Part shown: piece after piece, positions 37,901-49,900 of the stretch
Position numbering within the stretch: the first letter of the stretch is position 1
Layout: each line of letters opens with the position of its first letter
NCBI RefSeq assembly: GCF_009834535.1
Contig: NC_045698.1
Location: forward strand, 3,660,001 to 3,724,000
Direction: 5' to 3'
DNA from: Camelus ferus
Taxonomy: Eukaryota
DNA: 64,000 nt
Translations under genes and position numbers: made by a program
Notes under the pieces: model-generated
What the model was told of the DNA's origin: nothing
The model's database searches: none
Seen by the model: only the letters and a program-made list of their open reading frames with translations

Positions 37901-40900
37901 GCCCTTCGAGCGTGAAGCTGCATCCAGTGACATGCTTGGACGTTCTGGGGGGCGTAGCCTGATCTGTTTTCACGGGAGGCCTCCGTGTGTTTCTCAGAAT
38001 ATAGAATAAAAGCAGACAAAGTAAGGGATAGAATTGGACTCCTAATTACACAATGGAAGATTTACATACAGCTCTTTTAAACCACAGACTTTGACGTCTT
38101 TAAAATACTTTTCAAACATGTGAAAGATGACTATTTACTAGGCAACAAGAAGCTACAATCTAATACGAGATACTAAGATACTGATAAGTCATAAAATAGT
38201 AATAAAAATCTTTCCCACCTGCCCCCCAAGAGACCTGATAACTGAACACACATAAACACAAACAAACCCCTCTTGGGCAACAACAACAACAACAAAAAGA
38301 ACCTAAAATACCAAGCTGTTTTAGAAATAAAAGTAGGGCAATATTTACTAAAATCCTTGAGGTACTGCCAATATGGGATTCAATGAATGGTTTTGATCTT
38401 AGGCTATTATTTTGGAAAGCAGGAATTACGGAAAATGAATGACTAAGAAGATAGGAAAATGCAACAGAAACGTAAGCGAAGTAGGAAGAGGGAATTGGTG
38501 AAGGGGAAAACGTAGTATGCTACTGAAATAGAAAAGAAAGCAGTTGGTTTGGGACCATTAAACGTATCAGCTGGGTCTTCACACTGCTGGTGAGACTGAC
38601 AACCCTCTAGCAAATCGGACTAAGAGAGGAAGGAACAAAAAGCCAGTAGCACCAAGACTGAGAAGGCTATGAAACTACATTTGGAGAATTTCTTAATTTA
38701 GAAATTTATATTCAAATTTGATCATGTTCATAAAATGGCTCATTTTGTAGGAAAACATACTCAAATTGACACAGACAATCCTGAACAGAAAAATAACCCA
38801 GAATAAATTTTAAAAAATAGGTAAAGACCCAGCACCATGGAAGATGCAGGTGGCTTGCAGGTGAGCAAACCTTCAGTGAAAAACTGATGTCTTTATTATT
38901 ATTTTGCTTGTTTAAGAACTTACAAGAATATGGAATGCTGTCATTCTCCTTAGACTAGTGTAACCCTGTACCAAAGCCAATTAAGAATAACATGCATACG
39001 TATCTTCAAGACTCACAACTCTGTCACCTAGGATTAAAGCTGCAAAAATACTAAATAAAATCTTGAGAATATGAGTTTATGAGTAATTTAGAATATGGAC
39101 AAATTATGGCTTAAGGATTTATCACAGGAATACTGTAGCAACTGGTCAAAAGAAAATGATACGATCATCTCAATTCAGTACCCGTTCCTCATTAAAAAAA
39201 AAAATTGGTGCGGTAATAATAGAAAAAACCACTTTGAACTTGAGAGAGCATAGTGGGTGCTGTCAGAAAGAAGGCAGACCTGCCACGTTCCGTCCCTCTG
39301 CGTGCTGGAGACCTGAGCAGCGCGACGGAGCGGATGCAAAGCAGGTGCTGCGTGTGCTAGTAGGGAGAGTCCAACTGTCATTCTTTTAAACCATGTCTGT
39401 GTAGAAAGTGGGATTCAGAAGTCCACAAATGACAAATGCTGGAGAGGCGGTGGAGAAAGGGGAACCCTCCTACACTGCTGGTGGGAATGCAGTTTGGTGC
39501 AGCCACTGTGGAAAACAGGATGGAGATTCCTCAAAAGACTGGAAATAAACTTACCGTGTGACCCAGGAATCCCGCTTCTGGGCATATATCCAGAAGGAAC
39601 CCTACTTCAGGATGACACCTGCACCCCAATGTTCATAGCAGCTCTCTTTACATTAGCCAAGACATGGAAACAGCCTAAATGTCCATCAACAGATGACTGG
39701 ATAAAGAAAATTTGGTACATTTACACAATGGAATACTATTCAGCTGTAAAAACGACAACGTAACGCCATTTGCAGCAACATGGATGTTACTGGAGAATGT
39801 CATTCTAAGTGAAGTAAGCCAGAAAGAGAGAGAAAAATACCGTATGAGATCACTCATATGGAATCTAAAAAGAAAAAAAAAAAGAACATAAATACGGAAC
39901 AGAAACAGACTCGTAGACATAGAATACAAACTTGTGGTTGCCAAGGGTGCGGGGGGTGGGAAGGGACAGACTGGGATTTCAAAATCTGTAGATATTGACA
40001 GGCATATGCAGAATAGATAAACAAGATTATACTGTATAGCACAGGGAAATATATACAAGATCTTGTGGTAGCTCACAGAGGAAAAATTGTGACAATATAT
40101 GTATGTTCATGTATAACTGAAAAATTGTGCTCTACACTGGAATCTGACATAACATAACTCAATAAAAAAAGTTAAAAAATTATAAAACTGTCGTGATTAA
40201 GGAAGCATGCTTTTCATGTGGAAACTGACAAATCAGTGGAGTAGGAAAGTCTAGAAATACTGCACTCATAGATTTCTAGATTTTGATAAAGGAGGCATTT
40301 TAAGGAATTGGGGGAGGCCTGTGGTTCAGCTGAGAGATTTTCGCAACTAAGTAATGATGCCACAATGAAGTGGTTTTTTTGTTTTGTTTTTGTTTTTTCT
40401 GCTTTGCTGAGAATGGATAGCTCTTTTTTGTCAGATTGGAAGTAATGAACGAGTGCTTGGTTAGAGTAAGCATAGCTCTGGTTAACAGACTCCGTAAGGG
40501 CAGAAAAGTAACTTTTTTTCTTTTCTTTTAAGGTTCCTTGTTTGCTGCTTTGGGTATACGTAATAAGCAGGGATCCCGGTCAGGTCATTTAAGCAAAGGG
40601 GATTACAGTATTTGGAAGCAGGCTTTTGGGTAGGTTAAATCACAACGTAGATAAACTACTTGGTCATAGAATTTTTAAACTCTAAAACTAATGCACCTCA
40701 CACACACAGTGACAGTGGCTGACATGGCTCAGGAGAGGTTGGAAATGTCCAACTTTTCAAACGTCTCTGTTATTGTGTCCCCATGGGTCCTGGCCTCTTT
40801 CTCTGGACTTCACTTCTTGGAGTGATGTAATTTGCCATCTTAAATAGGGCTGACTTATTCTAAAATCTGTGATTCCTTAGAGATATTTTGGTTTAAAAGG

Positions 40901-43900
40901 TTGGTCTTTTTAGCCTCTCTACAACTGGATTAAAGATTTCAGTATTTTCAATAAATGATTCTGTTTAATTTAAGAACTTTAAGTAAACTGTGATAGAACT
41001 TTGAGGTAGCCTGAAATTACCTAATACTTACTGCTATTTTTAGTTTAATGAGTGTGGATTGCCTTTTAAATGTATTATTTGACATAAACTATTGATCTTT
41101 ATAGTTTTATGAATTTTTTTTTTTTTTTTTTTGCTTTGGAAGGTTTTTGGGAATTTGTGTTCTTAATGTTAAATTTGCTCTAAACCCATAGCATACTGTT
41201 CTTAAATGTAACGTGACTTTGATTAGGCCTGTCTTGGTTACAGTTGCCCTTTGCCTTTCAACTTGAACCAGTGGTTCTTAAGCATTTTAGGAATTCAGAC
41301 CCCTTTGAAAAATCTTTATAAAAATTCTCAAGCTTTCACTTTCCTTACAGAAGCATATGCTTCTTTCTGTGTGTCTGCTCATGTGTGTGATTCTCTCTCC
41401 CTGTCCTTAAGTTCCTACACACGCATTTTTGTCTCCCTTCATTTTCCCTTAAGGCCATTAAAGAATTTTCCAAGATCTGTGAAGCCCCTAGGTTAATTAC
41501 AGCTTTTCTGATAACCTCCTGGAACTGAGGAAATACCTCTCTACTGTTCTGGAATCTCTTATATTCGTCGTTACCCCTGTGCTTCTCCCCACCCCCAAAT
41601 TTCATATCACTGTAGAAAATATGTAGACCAGAAACTTACCTATCCCATGCATACTTAAAGGTGATCAAAGCTTCTAGCAACAAATAGATTTGGTCTTCTG
41701 AGTCCTAATGCTGTCTGCACCGCCCACCCCACCCGCCCCCAGTAGAAGACCCAAGCTTGTGTTCAGCCTTCAATCAGTAGACCTTTCCATCAATAGCTTA
41801 ACCAAATTGTCTGCAAGGGTTGAATTTGGGAAAGATGTTTAAGTCACCTAGTATTCTAAATTCCTAATAAATCCTGATTTCACCAGAGTAGTTTTGGCCT
41901 TGTATAGAATGGCCAAATGACATGACTTTACTATTTTACTCTTTCGCAGGAAAAGTAAAACTGCTTCTGAAGGAACTCTGGCTCTGTGTAAACACAACAC
42001 GCAGACTTCCTGGTGAAGGCAGAGGATGTGTCCCAGGTGAGAGAGAAGCTTCTGGAAGGACATTTCATACATGCAGTAGGAATGTTTACCGTGGACACTG
42101 TATGCCTTTAATTTTTCACATCTCTTGAATCTTGCATTGAAAGACTGAGATAAACTAGGATGTACTTTTAACCATACAAAGCTCTGTTTCCTTCAGCATG
42201 ACTTCCAGGCTCAGTGAATGCATTTGGTTTTTAATTTAATAGTAGCTTTCATCAGGGAACATTTATGGGATCCAGAAGGACACTTGGGGGAGGCGTATAT
42301 GGCAGGCGTATGTAGAGCCACGTGTGTCGTTTCCCATCCCAGGACCCACTTTGCATTTAGTGGTCATTCTTCGTTTCCTTCCCCCTACCCCGGGTCTGGC
42401 GGTTCATCAGTCTTTCCTTGTCTCAGGTTTTCGACGCTTTTGGAGAATACGAGTCATTTGGTAGAAAGCCTGTTTGCTTAGCTGATGTTTTCTCGTGTTC
42501 GAGTGAGTCTGTGTTGTTGGCCAGAGTTCCCCAGCGGGATACTGGGGAAGGGATGTGTCTGTGCGTTACTGCTGGGGATGTTAACCTTGACTGACTGTTT
42601 AAGGTGGTGTTGGCCAGGTTTCTCCGATGTGAAGTTACTCTTCCTTATTCGTCGATTAACTATCTTGAGGGAGATTCTTTGACACTGCAGATGTTCTGTT
42701 TCTCCCCAGCTCGAGCCCTCCAATTTTGTCACCTGTGGATGCATCCTGTCTGCTACGACTGCTGCTTTGTCTAATAGTGGTTTTTACATTTCCCTCCTAC
42801 GTGGCAGTTGGAGCTCTGTGAGGAAGAGCTGTACTTTTTCACCATTTATTTATTCATTCACTTATTTCTGTCAGTGTAGTCTTACAGATACCTGTTTTAT
42901 TCTAAACGCTGTAATTCAGTACTTACGTTATTTCATTATTCAGATTGTACCAGACTTGGTTAGTGGGAGCGTCTTCAGTTTGGCTCTTTGGCTCCTGGGT
43001 CTTCCTGCGTTTCTGTCTGTTCGGGCTTTTTTACCCCCGGTCCTGCAGGGTGTTTCAGGCTCAGCTTGTGTTTTCCCCTCCCCAGTTCTGTGATCAGCCA
43101 CTTCTCCAAGGAGCCCTGAGTTCTTCTGTGAAGTGTGTTTTTACAGCTTTCAAATATGACAAATGGTTATTTCTGGTTATTTCCCAGGACACGGTGTTTT
43201 TGCTAGCAGTTAGCACTGCTGCAGTTTACCAAAATCAGACCCCAAAGGGTTTTTGGTGATCTTCCCGCTACGCCTTAATGCAGAGCATTTGGGTGGCCTA
43301 GTCAAGTCCCTTAGTTAGAGCACTGCACAAATACGGTCACGGGCAGGCGTGATACAAGTGGATTTTACACAGAGACAGCAGCATTCCCTGTCCACACTCG
43401 TGCAGAGAGCCGCTCCTCCCGAGCACGCCTGGCTGGGCGGGAAGATGCCCCAAGAGAAAGAGCGCGTCCTTGAGGCCCGTTACCGGCTGGGATGGAGGCC
43501 GCTCCACCCGCGCCCCCACTGCTGACGGGGCCTCCGTCCCTCCGCCTGCCTGCTCGTGGGCTTGTCGTGGGGGAGGCACACTTAGGTGGAACGTGTTCAG
43601 GTCTTAGAGAATAATCTTTGGGTGGGGATTGGTTGCCTTTTAAAAACATTACTACTTGGACTTAATATTGCAAGCATTTTTAACTGTTAGAATAAGGTAG
43701 TTTTTTTTTTAAGTTCTCTCGATATTGTAAATAATTTGATACTCACTTTTTTCCCCACAGAAAAATCTGCCATAGAAAACCCCAGAGCCATCGAGCCTGG
43801 GGGAGACGGTGCACCCCCTCCCGCAGGGGCTGGCCCTCTCGGCACCTCTGCCGTGCAGACTTGCCTGGCGGAGCTGTCCACGGAGGTAGAAGGCCGCTTC

Positions 43901-46900
43901 CCCCCGCGTGAGGGGCCAGGTGGGGCCGCGTCCCGGGACGGCGGTGGTTTCAAAGAGGACCGCAATCCAGGGGCCTTGCCGCAGAGGAATGACAGCTCTG
44001 CTGACGTTCCTGATCACGACCGATGCTTTGATGAGGATCTGCAGGCCGCAGTTGACTTCTTCAAGCTCCCCCCTCCTCTTCTGTCTCCGGTGCCATCACC
44101 CCCTTTGGTGTCACCACACCCGGGTGCCCTGCGTTCTTCGCTCGTGTCCGTGAGTTGGCGCTTTAGATTCGCGTGACCGAGTGGCCACATTGTCCGTGTC
44201 CGCTGTGCTCGAGGAACGGCCGTGGTACTCAGAGAAGACTGAGTTAGGGAGGAACCTGGGCGCTAACAAGGCGCGCCGCGCCCTCCGGGCCCACGTCTGT
44301 GAGGCTTTCCATTTTGCATCGCTCATCTGTATTTGTCTTTATCTACGACGGTTCATAAGCCTCTTGTGGGAGGACTGTTTCTTAATTGTTTACTTTTATC
44401 TTTAGTGCCTGGCACAGAACAGATAAGGAACGAGTGAATTAAACAAGTATTTTTAGAGATAGGAACTCCATGTATATAGCACACAGGCCTGTTAACTTCT
44501 GTCACTGATTCGCCACCTTCATGTGATGAATTCATCATGTTTTTGTGTTTGCAGGTGGTTTATTATAATTTCTTAGTAAGTCAGACTTGACAGAGCATAT
44601 TTGTGTGTTTTTTGGCTAAGGAACAGATCAGACTCCTTCGAGTCCCTTCATTCAGGAAACATGACGCAAGCCTGTTCGGTTCTAGACACGGGGCTAGGAC
44701 CGGGGAGTGCAGTGGTGACATAGGATACGGTTGTCTGTGGTTGGATCTTGTGTGGTGGTGGGACTGTTGGGGAGCACTGTGGTGCCAAGACGTGTACCTG
44801 CTGGGAAGGGCCTGGACAGAGGCCGGGTGGAGCGGGGCTGGGAGGTGCTCAGGGAGCTCGCATCCCAGCTGGGGGATTAAGGAGGGAGGGAGGTGCTTCA
44901 GGTAGAGGAGCGAACCTCATGCTGGGGAATGGTCAGGCAGACCAGGTCCCCAAGGGACGTGTGTCTGAGAACTTTCAGTTTACCCTGAAGGCAGTGAGAA
45001 TTCCCGATGGATCCAAAGAAGTGGGCCTAATGCTAGAGTTTCACTTTGAAGTCTCAGGGGTGTCCCAGCATGAGTGGGTAGGGAATGAGGATAGTGGAGA
45101 AAGAGGCAAGAATGGAGCCAGGAAATCGTTTAATCAGCAGTTTCCTTCTCTCGACACCTGAACCCAGTAGTAACATTGGGGTTAAGGAGGTAGGGACTGG
45201 CTTGGAAAAGGTTATGAGGTTGAATAAACAGCATGTCTGTTAGGATTTGTAGTGTGATTGTTAGAGGACACAGGGCATCAAGGATGTTGGAAACTAGAAT
45301 TACGGGAAGAACCCGCTTGGGAGGAGGATGACATAGGAAGTGTGCGGGATTTCCAGCGGTTCATGTGCAGGGTGCGTTTCCCATCCTCGGGCATGGTGCT
45401 TGCAGGTGGGCTGCGGTGGGCGCAGACGCTGGGGTGCAGCGGGAGCCATGGGAGTGTGTGATGTCATTCCATCCAAATGTGTAGAAGAAGAGAGTAGGGT
45501 CCCAGACAGAATCCCGGGGAGCTGTCAGTGCCTACATGGCTGATTAGATAAAGAGGAAGAGGAAAAGAGGTTGAAAACAGCGTCAGGACAGTAGAGGGAC
45601 CAGGAGGTGATGGTGCTCTGGAACCCAAGGGAGGAAAACATTTTCCCAGTAGGAGTCAGTCTGTGTCCACGGTCCCCTGAACGGGGCAGGGTGGTGCATG
45701 GATTGGCTCTCCCGGGGGCCACGTGACGACGGGTTCACTCAAGATGGGAGGGGCTGGTTGGGGGTCATGGAGGGTTCCTGGAGCAGAGACGGGGAGCCGG
45801 GCTGTGCATGTCTGTTGATAACAGCTGGGTTGCACCTGTTGCTGTGAGGGAACGAGGCAAGAGACATCCACGGGGTGACCTGCAGAGCCGGGATGCAGAG
45901 CCGTGGCCGGGCTCGGTGCTGGGGAGCTGCTGTTCTGGCCACGGGCCAGACGCTTGGGGAGGTGGAGGAACACGGCGCTGGGCAGCTAGAGCCAAAAGCC
46001 ATTTTACCAGAGAATGAGGAAGTCAGAGTTGAGAAGGACTGTTTAGAAGTCAGGAGAACAAAGGTAGCCCATGGCCGCACGTGGAGTGGAGCTGGGAAGT
46101 GTCACTGATTCGGGAAAAGCAGGGCGAACGTGGGCCTCTGGGCAGCGGCGGCTTCCGTGAGCGGCAGCGAAGCAGCGCTGTGCCCCACGAGACCTCCCTG
46201 CCCCTCCGAGGCCAGGGTGCAGACCACCCTTGCCTCAGACCCTTCAGGAAGCATGTACTTTTTTAAAAGATGCATTTAATTGATAGTTATGTTTAGTTGG
46301 TTGAATTGGTATATAACTGACTAAGTAGTATAATTCATTTATTTTTAAGGAAGCCTACTTTGAAGAGTGTACAGATTCCAGTGACAACGACGTAGCCCCA
46401 CATAGAGTTTCTGCTGAGTCCGTTTCAGAAGATGATGCACCTGAATCACGGGATTCTTTTAACTCACCTGGAAAAAGTAAAGGAAGTGGGCCATGGGAGG
46501 AAACACTCAGATCGCACGAAGCCACCCAAGCTCCAAATGCACTGGAAGTCAGTGAAGTGACCGCTGTCGGGCTTGGGACATTTACAGCAACCCTGGGAGA
46601 GCCTTCAGCCACCGTCTCCTTCGCTCGTGAGGAGCGCTGGGCCGTGTCATCCGAGTTCATGAGCCGTAGAGGAAGGGGCGTTTTAGGTGAGGTGACGAGG
46701 CAGAGAGAGGGTCGGGAGATGGACTGGTCGGTGCACCCAGAGAAGACCCACCATAACCCCCCGGGCAGCGAGCGTGTGGAGAAGCTGTTGGGCAGCCTGG
46801 CTCGAGAGGAGGGAGCGGCGCTCGGGACGGCAGGCCTGCGTCGTTCTCCCCTTGGCTCGAGGCTGTGGAATGAGCCCAGCACATCTGGAGGAAACACCCT

Positions 46901-49900
46901 GGGGCCCAGAGTGCTAGGGTCACCCACGCCCGGGTGGACCAAGTGGACGCTGGCGGATGGCGTCCCTTCTCAGCCCGGCCGCCTGTCAGTCTCTGGCCGT
47001 CCTCAGGGCCTGTGTAGAGGACTGGAGGAGCAGAGAGAAGGCTCGCGAGAGCTCGTCTCAGGAGTCGCCCCTGCACCCGGGGCGGCGGGGGCCGCGCTGC
47101 TGGCAGCGGGGCTCGGTGTCGAAGACGAGGTGTCTTCCTCCTCAGCCTCTATAGCCTCGTCTCTCTGCGGTCACCTTGGGTCTCCCTGTGATTTGGAGGA
47201 TGTCGATGACACCTGTCTTCCCACTGAGGTGGACCTTCCCGAGCTGCGTCCATCCGAACAAAGATTACAGGCCGCCACGTTAAACACGTTCCAGGTGCGT
47301 CCTGAGCCCCCGGAGTGTCCCAGAGGAGACGGCGCTCTGGAGAACAGCTTCCGAGCTTTCAGTCCGGTGTCGCGGGCACCTGATTTTCACGGCCAAAGGA
47401 GCGATGAGGTAGGATGTGCGACCCTCTTAAAAGGCACGAACGAAGTCTGCTCCCTTCCTCAGTTGGGATTCATGGGAGCCATGAGAGGCGGACTGTGTGA
47501 GAGTCGAAGTCCAAGGGCCGCGCTCACGCCGAGTCGGTCAGACTTGACGTTGTTGGCAGGACCTCAGTCTGGCTCGATGGGGAGTGGCCTCGGCTTCGTT
47601 AAAAACACTTCGTGGCGCCACAACGATCTGTTACGGCGAAGTGGCACAGAAAGACTGAGTGCTTCGCCTGAACATGAACAGGCCAGACGCCAGTTACAGG
47701 AGGTGGTGTCCCCCCCAGAGAACAGGACGTCGGCATCCGAGCCGGAACGCACTGCAGAGGGTCGCAGTCCTGTGGCATTCAGGGCCACAGCGCCCTTGTT
47801 GCCGAACCAGGTGTCAGTAATCACAAAGCAGACACGGCCTGAGACCACGCAGAGTGCTGGATGGGAGCCCATGAGACCAGCTCGGACGGAGCCTCCCCTG
47901 GCAGCAGATGCTGCCGGTGGGGCTGGTCGTGTGTCACCCCGAGCACGACGCGGAGGGAGTGAGCTCACAGCACAGGAAAGCAGGGAGGCAGCTGCCACAG
48001 AGAGAACCTCACCAGGCGTTTCCACCTCCTTGAGGAAATTAGATTTTAATTCTCTGAGTGGTTCTTTACCAGTAGAAAATCCTTGTTGTCCCGCAAATAG
48101 TAAATTATCTTTCACTTCTGAAAACATCCCGGTCCCAAACCAAGACATGGTGACGGAAGCCAGGGGGCAAGAGGAGGTGCAGAAGCAGAGTCCGCATCTT
48201 CCTGCCCCAAGTGTGGACTCACCCAGGCTGGATGTGCAGAAAATTCCAGCCGCAGAGGTGACACTATCAAGAGCTTTTCCTGGTAGAGAAATACCCACTG
48301 GAGACGCAGTCAGGTCTGGCGGGGAGGCCCCGGCCGTCTCAAAGGACCCGCCTGCTGTGCGGCACTGCCCGCAGGAGAGTCTGCCGGCTCAGACCCCTGG
48401 TGGTGCTTCTCCTGATGGTGTGGGCGCCGCAGATCCTGCTTTTTCCCCAGTATTCGGCAGGAGAGGTGAAGAGAAATGCTCTGTCCCCCAGAGCAGCCTT
48501 CCTGGTACCCTGTGCTGTTACACGGGCATCCGGGAGGTGGCAGGTGGCGACACTGAGGTGGAGGAGAGTGAGGCGCCCAGCTGCAGCGAGGGCGAGAATG
48601 AGCCTGAGGCCGCAGTGGAGCAGGGGCGGCCAGAGTTAGCAGCTCCGGGGGCCGCTGCGGCCGTGCCCAGACCTTCCACGGAGGTGGGCTATCTGACCTC
48701 AGCTCTGCGGGACTTTAACATCAGCGCTCTCTCCGAGATGGACAGACTTTCCACGTCAGAGGTCGTGATGTTTCTTGAAAGTTGTCAGCTAAGAGATTAT
48801 AGTTCAGGGGACTCTGTTTCAGAATGTTCTAGCAAAGGAACCCGAAATAAAGGACTGAACAATGAATTAAAGCAAAGCGAACCATCAGGAGACACGTACG
48901 GAAAGCAACTCTGTGAAGAAGAAACGCTCGAGACTTCTGAGGAGTGGGTCGAATCCGAGGAGGAGGACGGTCCTTTGAGGAGCCCCAGTCGGCTGGCGCA
49001 GTGCTCCTTGGAGACGCTGTCCGAGGTGCTCACTAGGATGGGGCGGGAGCTGCAGACTCCCTGCGAGGATGCTGACGAGGGAGACGCTGCTGAGGTGCTG
49101 CTCTTAAATGTGCATGACAGTGTGACAGCAGAGCATGAGGAAGAGCCGGTTCCGCCTCAGGAAACCGCCAGCTTGTCCCCACAGCCTTCAGCTGCGCCCC
49201 CACCAGGGGCCGGCTCAGACTCCTCGGGCCCTTCTCCCACCAGCGGCGGAGCTGACCACAAAAACGCCCGAGGCAGATCCGAGGGCCACTTGGATGTGAT
49301 CAGGTCGGTGGACGGTGGGGAGGAGGTCCCGCCGGAACCCACGGACCCCCTGCTCCTGTGCACTGACTCCGGAGCGGGGGAGGGGGAAGCGGCGTTTCAG
49401 TGTCAGATCTCTACGGTGACCTCCGAAATTATCAACGTGCTGATAAATAAGGATCACAACCTCGTCATTGAAAAGGGGGACAACTGGACCATCATCAATG
49501 GCGTGGCTCTCATGCCGAACGTGGACCAGGTTATACTGTGTGATGCTCTTGAAGACGCCCCTGTCTCCCCGGATCCAGAGGGGCAGGGGGCTGGCTTCAT
49601 TTCAGTTCCTTCTGCAGAGCAGTCCCCCGAGACCGGGCACCCTGGCCCTCCCTTTCCGGAGCTCCAGGGTGGCAGTCACGTGCCAGGTACCCAGGAGGAC
49701 ATTTCAAGCAGTGGGCAGAATACTAACTTTGATAAAAGTCGTTTGCGGAATAGACCTGTTAAACCTAGCGTAAGGATTAGCTCTGAGATATACGATCAAA
49801 ACTTTGACTCTCAGACCGTTCAGTCTGATCACACTTACTATAACTCGAAACTAGAGCCATTCAGCAAAAATAAGAATCGATCAAAGGTTTCTAACAAAGA

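Noticed and set aside
39675..40076. Hydrophobic minus-strand ORFs resembling membrane proteins
   Set aside because: They are antisense translations of the A-rich L1 3' end
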